Of a DNA stretch of 64,000 nucleotides, positions 50,101 to 57,788 are shown in pieces. Where the stretch lies: NCBI GenBank assembly GCA_002633005.1, contig NMRA01000177.1, forward strand, positions 573,942-637,941. The letters are read 5' to 3'. The stretch's first letter is position 1, and each line of letters opens with the position of its first letter. Below the pieces are notes generated by a model. It was given only the letters and a program-made list of their open reading frames with translations, did no database searches and was not told the DNA's origin. The position numbers were made by a program, and so were the translations under genes. The DNA is from Phoronis australis. Taxonomy: Eukaryota > Animalia > Phoronida.

Positions 50101-51663
50101 GTGGTAAACACTGCGTCTTCAACCTTCCTAGCCATCGTGGGAAACGTTTCATCGACACCACCAACTTTAACCCAGACCGAAGGCATAACGACGACGGGTA
50201 CGTAAATTCTGACATTTCAAGCAAAGTAACGCCAAAGATTTTATAGATATAGTATCTTTGGTAACGCTCACTTGTATTGTTTTTGCGGTAAAACGATGAG
50301 TGTGGCAATGCCACTAGAGTACACATGTCCCGGTTTCGCGCCTTTACTCCTCGGAGGCCAATGGGAAAGAATCTAGAAGTTCTGCAGGATATATTGAGAC
50401 AACAAAAGTACATGATACTTAGTAATCCCCCACCGAAGTCTCTCACGAGTGCAAACATGTTATAACACGTTTATTGTGTGGAAATAGTTCTACTATCGGT
50501 ATCCTCAACATAGAAAAGCGAGCTTTAGTTTTGCGAAATGTATGTCACTGATATAACTTTCAGTTGAGCGGTATTGTAAACTTTTGGGTATAATACCAAT
50601 ACCAATTAATAAGCGATAATTAATAACAATGGCAATGATAATAGTAACAGTTATAAAACAATAAATAATAAAGCCCCCCCACCACCACCACCACAACCAC
50701 CACCATAGAGAGGAAGTGTTATCTGCATGGAGTCCCGAGGCGTCACTTTGCATAAAAGCACTCATTATCTGCTTTCCTTTCAAGCGTCTTCGTGTTTGCC
50801 TCAAACGGTTGACGTGAAGACAGGGGAAGGAATGATTGTCCAGTCACCCGGATTTGACGGAACGACCTCTTACGGCACCAATCTGTCGTGTGAGTGGAAC
50901 GCGCGACATGTCGGGGACGACGGTTACTTGAAATTAAAGTTCACGAAGTTTGACCTTCCACCACGTGAAGCAACTGGACAATGCAGCGACGCCGTTCTCG
51001 TTCACAGGTAATTTTGAAATAGAAAATATTTATTTTCTCGAAAAGTTGGGACTATTTTTAAAACTACATGTACCTTCACCTTATTTTGAAACGCTAAAGG
51101 ATAAGGTCTAAAGATTTCTAGGTAAATTTCGTTTGAATAGCAATATATGACGAGGTTTGCAAATAACAAGCCAGAATTTTCGATGCTTTCATACATGTTC
51201 CATGTGTTGATTTACCAGACAATGCGAAGACAAAAACATCGGGTCACTGATAAATTACATCTTCAAACTTATGTGGCCACCAGTTTCGGTCCACCGAGGG
51301 CACGTCTCCCTCCCCCGGAACCTTGGTACGGTCCTGAAAACGGCATTTTGTTTACAGTTCTTCAGCCAGTAACGACGGAGCAGGTGTCCAAGTAAAACAA
51401 CTGTGTGGCAGGGAAGGCGTGGATGAAACGAGCATCGTGGTCGCTAAACCCACGTGGATACGGATCGTCTTCAACACAGACTCTGTTGAAAACAGGGGTC
51501 ACTCGGGATTCCTGGCGGGAATACTTGGTATTCCACAAATTTGATTTGTTGATGTTTTAGAGTACAGTCAACAATAAGCATTTTCTTGATTTTAACGAAT
51601 CGTTTACGCATTTTTGCAGATTATGCGACAAGACAATATCTCGGCTACCATTGTTTAACATGA
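8093..51663 (+). CDS. Gene span: secreted mosaic protein SP-CTL-MAM-CCP-CUB-CCP-CCP-CCP-MAM-S/T stalk-CUB, 23 coding exons, about 1049 aa
   Basis: Manual assembly: all introns GT..AG, phases concordant, summed CDS 3150 nt with no internal stop, recognisable domain motifs in each exon. Confidence 0.85.
9554..10190. mobile_element. MITE copy A, 9-10-bp TSD (Mutator-like)
   Basis: CAGCCTCGTCCC / GGGATGAGGCTG, flanks GGGCGGTACC and GGGCGTACC. Confidence 0.75.
10252..10816. mobile_element. MITE copy B, inverted relative to copy A, 10-bp TSD
   Basis: CATTCTCGTCCC / GGGACGAGGCTG, flanks CGGTGGGAGG and CAGTGGGAGG; reverse-complement homology to copy A. Confidence 0.78.
10892..10934 (+). CDS. Exon 2: SGQAKPVTKRQAVN, signal end and propeptide
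   Basis: ttttgttttcag acceptor, gtaagc donor, phase 0 to 1. Confidence 0.7.
12044..12105 (+). CDS. Exon 3: C-type lectin N-terminus (ICPTGWSKWEKKCY)
   Basis: CPxGW...CY motif, tgcag/gtgcgt. Confidence 0.85.
12995..13110 (+). CDS. Exon 4: C-type lectin (KPWLPAENDCNQHGGHLVSVDSSKEQEHL)
   Basis: W..A...C...GGHLVS motif, atag/gtgtgt, phase 0 to 2. Confidence 0.9.
13740..14678. mobile_element. Non-autonomous TIR element, 5-bp TSD CTGTA
   Basis: CAGTGGCGGAT / ATCCGCCTATG, CTGTA on both sides; right end shared with 55548-55822. Confidence 0.8.
15629..15756 (+). CDS. Exon 5: C-type lectin (YVWIGFSDRNVEGTWRWSD...YTNW...QPN)
   Basis: WIG and EGTWRWSD motifs, ttcag/gtaatt. Confidence 0.9.
16943..17056 (+). 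CDS. Exon 6: C-type lectin C-terminus (ENCAVI...KWFDRPC...FICE)
   Basis: ENC...W.D..C...FICE motif, ctag/gtaatt. Confidence 0.9.
17321..17500 (+). repeat. (TATG)n microsatellite
   Basis: Direct inspection. Confidence 0.97.
19552..19677 (+). CDS. Exon 7: MAM domain 1, part 1 (DCSFEKDLCGY...WSRESGPTSSASTGP)
   Basis: CxFE..CG and TGP motifs, ttag/gtatgt. Confidence 0.9.
19760..20168. mobile_element. Foldback MITE with internal AATCATACGCAC-like subrepeats, 5-bp TSD CAATA
   Basis: CAGGGGT / ACCCCTG, the two halves are imperfect reverse complements, CAATA on both sides. Confidence 0.85.
20675..21265 (+). repeat. Diverged tandem duplication, period about 347 bp
   Basis: ACCATAGATT...GGCGCCACTCTCCTAAA at 20675 and 21022; related head at 13271. 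Confidence 0.75.
21594..22955. repeat. Dispersed repeat, inverted copy at 38620-40647
   Basis: Long reverse-complement homology; near-identical spurious ORFs at 22373(-) and 38988(+). Confidence 0.88.
24022..24348 (-). pseudogene. Degenerate THAP zinc-finger domain (transposon relic)
   Basis: CIVPSCPN...SFFRLP...RKWL...RVSGRHF; the third Cys of C2CH is lost. Confidence 0.75.
24514..25413. mobile_element. Academ-like non-autonomous element (TAG...CTA ends, 3-bp TSD ATA)
   Basis: Perfect 17-bp TIR TAGTCGGTGGGCCAGAT, subterminal inverted TTGTGAGTACTTT, ATA on both sides; contains an assembly gap. Confidence 0.8.
24577..24919. other. Assembly gap
   Basis: N run. Confidence 0.99.
25414..25550 (+). 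pseudogene. Degenerate THAP domain interrupted at its start by the Academ-like element
   Basis: SCVPHCSNG-stop...PKYVEMRKRWVVAIRRDEGK. Confidence 0.7.
26941..27100. mobile_element. 160-bp MITE, same family as 855-1000, 5-bp TSD AAAAC
   Basis: Reverse-complement homology to 855-1000, AAAAC on both sides. Confidence 0.85.
27235..27850. repeat. Dispersed repeat, inverted copy at 48448-49084
   Basis: Collinear reverse-complement homology, roughly three-quarters identical by eye. Confidence 0.85.
28068..28168 (+). CDS. Exon 8: MAM domain 1, part 2 (GAYYVYIETSSPRVHGDVARLTSP)
   Basis: GxYxYIETS...ARLxSP motif, ttcag/gtgagt. Confidence 0.92.
29088..29258 (+). CDS. Exon 9: MAM domain 1, part 3 (FFYHMYG...GNQGNQW)
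   Basis: FxYHMYG and GNQGxxW motifs, tgcag/gtaagg. Confidence 0.92.
29567..29660 (+). CDS. Exon 10: MAM domain 1 end (VFEGVRGSSYYGDIAIDKV...C)
   Basis: VFEG...GDIAID motif, tacag/gtgagt. Confidence 0.92.
29737..34978. mobile_element. 5.2-kb TTAA-flanked DNA transposon (Kolobok-like or ISL2EU/IS4EU-like), decayed
   Basis: Perfect 19-bp TIR GGTTATCTCCAACCTTATT, TTAA on both sides, internal YqaJ relic. Confidence 0.85.
32420..32880 (-). pseudogene. YqaJ / lambda-exonuclease-like relic
   Basis: HTAAVLHGTMYKSVALEK...GLSV...YLTATHVSLVGEDS, then LKLKKT..VQ...VFTFK...KMDLFYKRFYRP, with stops and frameshifts. Confidence 0.7.
35229..35414 (+). CDS. Exon 11: Sushi/CCP 1
   Basis: C..PPPIEDG...YKCNPG...CQRNGTW...C, phase 1-1. 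Confidence 0.88.
35743..35927 (+). CDS. Exon 12: CUB 1, N-terminal half
   Basis: SPGYPSGYHNNQKCSWNI motif, ttcag/gtgagt. Confidence 0.9.
36642..38422. mobile_element. 1.8-kb TIR element with ~75-bp imperfect TIRs
   Basis: CGGTGGCCCAAAGATGACATCG and its exact reverse complement at 38401-38422; flanks TA / CA. Confidence 0.75.
37760..37955 (+). mobile_element. Probable 3' tail of a LINE or SINE; similar tail at about 17510-17790
   Basis: T-rich tract, stem-loop GAGAGCAGTG..CACTGAAGAGG, then AATAA-repeat tail. Confidence 0.4.
38620..40647. repeat. Inverted copy of 21594-22955 with an internal ~730-bp tandem duplication
   Basis: Units start TTTATCCCATACGCG at 39261 and 39994. Confidence 0.88.
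41206..41344 (+). CDS. Exon 13: CUB 1, C-terminal half
   Basis: LSG...VRLVWTTDSAKTDKGFLLKW, gtag/gtttga, phase 0 to 1. Confidence 0.85.
41580..43583. mobile_element. 2.0-kb non-autonomous TIR element, 5-bp TSD ATATG
   Basis: CAGGCCTGTAGGAAG / CTTCCTACGGCCCTG, ATATG on both sides; internal ~85-bp direct repeat near 41695 and 42053. Confidence 0.82.
43780..44035. repeat. Partial MITE; related fragment at about 18418-18625
   Basis: Shared GCGCACCCAGCC.AAAATATAGGGG...GCTCGAATTTTT...CAGACCTTTTTGCCC. Confidence 0.6.
44120..44299 (+). CDS. Exon 14: Sushi/CCP 2
   Basis: YEC..GYELTG...CQKNGTWS...PRC, phase 1-1. Confidence 0.9.
44437..44507 (-). mobile_element. Degenerate tRNA-derived (SINE-like) head
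   Basis: GGTTCGATT B box, CTGTGAC anticodon-like loop, no intact acceptor stem. Confidence 0.45.
44779..44952 (+). CDS. Exon 15: Sushi/CCP 3
   Basis: CPPL..PKNG...YKCN...CQANATW...PSC, phase 1-1. Confidence 0.92.
45875..46060 (+). CDS. Exon 16: Sushi/CCP 4
   Basis: DCGPL..P..G...RTCQRDATWSG..VTC, phase 1-1. Confidence 0.92.
46767..46991 (+). CDS. Exon 17: divergent MAM domain 2, part 1
   Basis: GCDFENDFCG...W...LIS...SCYTLTF, ttccag/gtaaga. Confidence 0.85.
47289..47431 (+). CDS. Exon 18: MAM domain 2, part 2 (GSLRVY...W...V)
   Basis: GSLRVY motif, tacag/gtaagc, phase 1 to 0. Confidence 0.8.
48190..48265 (+). CDS. Exon 19: MAM domain 2 end (FVFEV...VDDIRL...C)
   Basis: VFE...VDDI motif, ttcag/gtgtga, phase 0 to 1. 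Confidence 0.82.
48448..49084. repeat. Inverted copy of 27235-27850
   Basis: For example GACAGAGTGAAGAAAG and TGCTGGGTAGC are present in reverse complement. Confidence 0.85.
49973..50197 (+). CDS. Exon 20: Thr/Ser/Pro-rich mucin-like linker
   Basis: Open frame DKTTTTQSTAATSTTPSPT..., ctcag/gtacgt, phase 1-1. Confidence 0.8.
50785..51007 (+). CDS. Exon 21: CUB 2, N-terminal half
   Basis: QSPGF...Y..NLSCEW...LKFTKFDL...CSD, AAG acceptor, gtaatt donor. Confidence 0.88.
51358..51527 (+). CDS. Exon 22: CUB 2, C-terminal half
   Basis: LCG...IRIVFNTDS...SGF, tacag/gtattc, phase 2 to 1. Confidence 0.85.
51620..51663 (+). CDS. Exon 23: C-terminal tail DYATRQYLGYHCLT-stop
   Basis: tttttgcag acceptor 92 nt after exon 22, TGA at 51661. 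Alternative: intron read-through giving GIPQI-stop. Confidence 0.6.
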
Positions 51664-52329
51664 AACTGAACGTTACTTGAGCACTGTGTTGTCAGATTTG
51701 AGTGACTATCCAAACAGCTTTTTGTGTAAACTATTTTCAACTCACTCCAACCTGGGAATAATACATTTTCACATTTCGTGATGGTAAGTTGAGATAAGAA
51801 GCAAAATTATCTTGTACTTGTTTCAGTATAGCTACTTATAGTTTTGGGTTCATTTCATAAATTGTCTGTTAAATATTTGTAAGTGTATCAAGAGTGTAGT
51901 TCAGTCTCCAACAGATTCTACCACTTTGTGACGCAGACGACTTTGAACTTAATCATTTTTAAAATCAAATTTTGTTTTGTTTTGAACAAAATGAAAATTA
52001 TGTCATATGAAGAACAGTAAGCATTATTAATTGGGTTTAAAATTCGTTTTATCGTGGAATTTTCAAGTAAATTATACGGAACGAAAATCTATATGCAGCA
52101 TTTAACTGCGCATGCGTGTAGACGCTTAACTAATGGTTTATAATTAACGAATCATAGTTTAATGCTTTATACCGAATAATTTGCAGGCATAATTGGGTCA
52201 TATGGTCCGTAAGCTTGAGTGTTATATAATCGAAGCTTGACTAGTATTGGTCAATATTGACTAGCATGTGTGTCTGTGTGTGTGTGTACTTGCTTTTTGC
52301 CAGAACAGTAATGTATCTGAGAAATGACA

Positions 52330-52335
52330 AATAAA
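52330..52335 (+). promoter_or_regulatory. Candidate polyadenylation signal of the mosaic gene
   Basis: AATAAA about 670 nt after the stop, in AT-rich putative 3' UTR. Confidence 0.4.
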
Positions 52336-55300
52336 TATTAAACGGCTGAAATTTAAGTATTTTTAAGTCCTTCTTTCGTCACGTAAGAAGACACGGTCGT
52401 TCCGACTAATAGCGGGGACGGCCTTGCAATGTGCTTAAAATGTGATTTTCTTGCCACTTTACTTATGACTTGACCCTTAAATCGTAAAAACTTATTTAAC
52501 TGTGAAAAATGGTTTACATCTTCTTTATGGCAACAATTGGTTTTGGCCACCACGGGGAGTGGGACCGGTGATTGAAGTCACCCAATTTCAGCAAGGTTGT
52601 CCACGCCTGTCTTATCGTCTCCCAACGTCGCAGAAACACTATATTGAAGTCTGTCTTGTCCCAAACATATTTATTGAAAAGTGACAAAAAGTGCACCATT
52701 TTATGGGCTTAGGACAAACCATTGTCATCCTACCATATGAGTACAAATTCGGTCAAGATATTCAGATGAATTGGCATATACATGTACGTGAGACACTGAA
52801 CTCCGCCAAAACAGCACTAGTCAAGCGTTCGCCATTGCGAATCTACGATCGCCTTTGAACCAGCGATACGACAGGTAGATCAGGATGTTTCGCGAGAAAA
52901 ACAAGATCTCGCAAATTCACGTAGGTGAAGGGCGAGTGTTTCACGAGTGAGGGAGCTTACTTGCCTGTCCTTGCAAAAATGGCTGCCTGAAGTGGTTGGT
53001 CAGTGAAGTTAGGAAGTTGAACTACTGATTTGGCTGAATTCACCGTTTCCGTAACTCCACAAGCTAATGTCTTGGGTCTACGGAACTCAGCCCTTAGAGC
53101 ATTGAAGCTGAGGCCACAAGAACTCTTAGCTGGTTGTTCGTGCGCACAGAGCATAAAAGCGTTTTTGGTGTTTTACTATTTCCAGTCGAATTGGCCGACT
53201 TCAGCAACGCAGGGCCCTCGCGAATGTATAGCGTATTTTTATTATGGAACCTCATTTACTCTTGTCCGTCCGGCACCAAAAGGAAAAGGTCTCTTAGAAA
53301 CACCAATGGTCTCCTGAAAAAAGGCTTTTTGTATTTCAGAGAAGCCATCGTTCGAAAGATGCAAGCGGTCCTTTATCGTTGTTTCTCGCACTAGGCCAAG
53401 TCTAAATTTGATTATATTCTAAAAGGCCATATAGGAAAACAAGACAGAAAACATAGTCGCTTTCAACCGATGAAACTGGAGACTGCCAATTTAAATTTAA
53501 AACCGTGACGATTTTATTGAATGCTGGACTAAGGTTGGAAGGGTTCGGTGCTTTAAACGCTACCAGTGGTAGACTCTACTTCTGCAACGTGAACACACGA
53601 ATGCATTCCTAAACATCCAACCAATCCGAAATTTTTTTCGAGCTGTTCATCAAATAGAAGTCATAATATATCATTTCCTTTCAGAGTACCACCCATATTT
53701 GATCAGGCGTTGTCTCGGCCAGCGTCCTTTTAAAGTACGAGTAACGCCATACTTTTTTAAAGAATGACAGTTTTGTGTAATCTTGCGAGTGCGAAATTCC
53801 GTGGGCCCTAGTTTTCTGTAGGCACGCCTTTTGTGGCAGATTACTTGTTTGCTCATTCGTAAATCCGGTGTGGTAGTTGAGATTCTCCCCTCGTGTAAAA
53901 CATGCCCTAAATACATGTATTTGCATTCCAGCAAGTGGGCCTTTTATTCAGGGAATTACCTGGATACTACACTCGTGCAGGTAGGATGTTCTTTTACAGA
54001 GCTGTAACACTTGTATCATTTGACGTTTTACTATGGCATGGATTGTTTTGGGACCCCACTAGTTGTAGGGCCCCTGTGCTGCATTGCATGAAACAGGACT
54101 CAACTAAGGTTCCTAAGTCTTTTTAAGTATTTGTGTCTTTCTGAACTCACAGATGCAATACTTTTCTGTCATTTTATCTTTATTATGAGCTCCTCTTTGA
54201 CTAATGACATTTTTGATAATATAATTAAAATCCAAACAACTAATTCATTGAAAACGAAAAGGGACTTAGTCCTTAAACTTGGCGCGTTGCATGAAAAGGT
54301 CCCCACTTATTTTCAATGATATTGAGAATTCAACGAAAAAATCACCCTCCCTTTGCATCAAAGCCAAAAATTCACTTAATAATGAAACTAAAACAGTATA
54401 AGAAAGGACATTCAGTCCACAAGCGTGCATTTAGATTTAGGGACCTTGGTTTAGTCCCTATTTGGAACTGTTTCAAGCAACAGGCCACTGGGCACTTTAA
54501 GTTATATCATTAAAGCCACATGAAATTCTGTATATTATTTGAATTTCACATTTATTGCCAACCTTACAAAACACAATGCTAATTGCTTCAACTGCACTAT
54601 GAATAAAGACAGAGACAAAGCTTTAAATATAGCAGGACCTAGCAGAAAGCATTTAGCAAAATAAACAGAGACTCCAACCAACTACGCTTTTTTGGCTTTA
54701 CACACAACATGCATTTATGTCTTTCATTACTGCATTTGAATTTTGCAAAAACATGTTTGCATTTCCAATAAATAGTGAAAAAAGAATAGGCGAGGCTTAG
54801 GCAGATAGACCTATATGGAAAACATTTGAGGAAATTTTGTCTAAAAAACACATTTTTGATAAATACCACATACTGTTTCCCCATTTTTGAATAACACATC
54901 TGGCGTCATGTAAAAAATTAACATGCTGAACAATACAAAATACCCAACTCTGACTCTGCGGTCTAATCTCCAAACTTGAACTCCAAATAAGTGTTAATGT
55001 GTTGGAAAAGTTATGGTTTACATAGCAAACTGTCAACTATTTCAAATTCACACTTGATGACCCACAGGTCTGTGAACTCGAAATCTCAGGTTTGAACTCG
55101 AATTTGAAGCTGAAACACAGGGATCATCAAGATGAACAAGGGCTCATCAAGATGAACGAGTTCATCTGAGTTAACCATACATGGCCTGACATAACGAGCT
55201 GCAGGGCATTTGCAACTTGAGTTTGGGAAATGCGAACAGAGATTTTGGTCAACTGGCATCAGTTGGTCGTGTGGGATTTAGGTATTCCAACTGTCACATT

Positions 55301-55547
55301 GCCTGAAAATGCTTCAACAGCATTCTTTCAGTCAAACGCCAGTATATGGGTGGTACAAAGAGATCTAAGCTTGGGAGATGAATTTCGAATCGTGACTTGA
55401 GATTTTGGTTAGGATATAGAGTTGAGGGCTGCATTATGTGCACAGTTATATACACTTATCTCGAGTTCGTATGGAAAATGCTGAAAAATAATCTGATTAA
55501 ACCCTTTGCCCAGGCGCCTGTTTCTTGAAGAGTCTATAGCTATAAGT

Positions 55548-55822
55548 CAGTGGCGGATCTAGGAGAGGAGAGGGCCCAACATTTTGTCTCTGGGAACCGC
55601 GTGAAGGGCAAAGGACGCTCATGTGGACTCGAATTTGTGAGGGCGCGGATTACTAAAAAAAGATTCTTATGCACACACGATCTAAAACTGTGAACATTGT
55701 TAAATCAACTGCATGTTAATTACCGGGATTAGTTATTAAACTCAATATTTCCTCACGCTCTTGCTCTTTTGTTTTTTTCTGGCAGCCAAGGGGGGCCTGG
55801 GCCCCCCCTAAATCCGCCTATA
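55548..55822. mobile_element. MITE related to 13740-14678
   Basis: CAGTGGCGGATCTAG / TAAATCCGCCTATA, TSD TAAGT/AAAGT. Confidence 0.78.
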
Positions 55823-57677
55823 AAAGTTGACTTGTATTATGGATGACTTTTAGCCATAACCTGATGACGCAAAACAGGCCAAACCATCTATAGACTGATT
55901 ATTAGCAAACATAAAAAGCGAATAGACTCTGCGAAACAACCCGCTGGTGTTCATTTGCATTCTAGTGTAACCAGGTTTGTCTGCACTACAGCAATAAATG
56001 ATACACATCTTGTATTGTGATATTTTGTATCTGGTAACGTTATCTGAACCTGCTCAGGAGGTTATCCAGAGCGTATATAGTGAGAACCAGTTTGATGCCC
56101 GTTATTCAGTGGAGAAAACTGGTTCTATAACCCTGACGCAGAGTGGCTCTCATTTCTGTGGAACATGTTGTTACAGAAACCCTGTTAATTCATCGACTTG
56201 GCTTTAATTTCCTGGCTCCAACTCCTAGACACAAGGAAAGAAATAAAACATTTAAGTATGTTATCCAATGGATATTCGTTGTTCAGGCCTGTATAGGGGA
56301 ACAATATTTATGTCACCAGTGCACAATCGACACAGGCAGTAAAGCATATCCGTCAATGGTATGATATCGGCATTTCTAAGTTTATTTCTACTCATGCTGG
56401 GTTGGGTTACCATGGTGAATGAGTAAACTCTCCGTTATTAAAATCGTATACACCACTGATGAGATTGCAACAAATGTTTACTTTGTTGATAACAAAATCA
56501 GAATATTAAGTTTTTTGAAAATAATGCCCATGACTGTTTCTGGGTTGAACTACATGACGTGATGAATAAAAAATCTCAATAAATTAATAAAACCAGAGTT
56601 TTACTGTTACCTAAGGTAATCCCGACGATGTACAAGTAATGTTTCTCAGCTTAAGTAAAAGTAGATAAATCATTATGATGTAGTATGTCTTGACTGTGTG
56701 TCACATTGGTTTGAAAATTAGCAACAAAAATTTCACAATGTAAGATGATGAATTTGAACATTTTTGGTCCTGTGAACATTTTTTCAGGTATAACAATCTA
56801 ATAAGCAATGTCATCAATCTTGTTCAGAGGTCACACCTCCAACAGCTATAGAGTAAAAACATAAAATGGTCATACAATGTGTCAAAACTCATCTTAATCA
56901 TAATGATAGTAATAGTAATAAAAATAATATACTAATTATTTGCTCAGTAATTTTTACAGAATACTTGAAAAATACACAGCATGCTTTAACCAAAGGAATG
57001 GTCTGCTTCAGTGTTGAAGAAATTAAGACATAACCAACCTTTCATCATTTCTTTCAATTCATTTTCAGTTGGCAAAATTAAATTGTTCATAAAAAATATC
57101 AAAATTGGTTTTCTGTGTAATGTTGCCCCACCACACGAGAGACCATTGCCGCCACCTGGTGGTAATGGAGCCACAGATGGTGGACATCAAGTGACATAGG
57201 GAAGCATGAAATCAAAATTTTATAAAACATTTACCACCAACAATTTAACAAAAATTGCAACTTAATTTATAATAAAAGGGTAAAATTTGAAAAGTTCCAA
57301 TTCTAGAAACCTTTAAAACATAAATTGACATCCAACTATAAGTCTTGATACACTTACTCTGCATTCATTGTCAGATAGTGTCATAGTTTTATGTTATCAT
57401 AATAATGCACCTAGTAGGTTGTGAATCAACTTATTTTATCTAGATCGATGCTTATCACAGTAATTAAGATGCATTTCAAGTTAAAACGTTGATGATGAAC
57501 CTTCGAATACCAGACAGTATGGCCGAAAACAAAAATCAAAGTTTTAACCATAGCCAACTGAAAAGCATCTGAGGTCATGTGACCCTATTGCTTTGTAACA
57601 TCCCCCACTGATTGGCAATATGCCATTTCTGCTCCTCCCAGTCTACGTGAACAGGTTCAAAAGAAATCAGTGTATCA

Positions 57678-57788
57678 CTAACCTACAACATGGCATACTT
57701 CAACATCACAGCCCAACTTGTAGAAGAAATCCAACCAGAGTTCCTGCTTGGTGGACAGACGGTCGCCTGGTCCCTTGACCTCCGAAAT
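57678..57788 (-). CDS. FAN1: FAN1 terminal coding exon ([15 protein letters not shown]...VEVCHVVG-stop)
   Basis: Catalytic ExK motif, ttccag acceptor; exact C-terminus ambiguous (see findings). Confidence 0.9.
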   Translation of the reverse strand: MSEVKGPGDRLSTKQELWLDFFYKLGCDVEVCHVVG

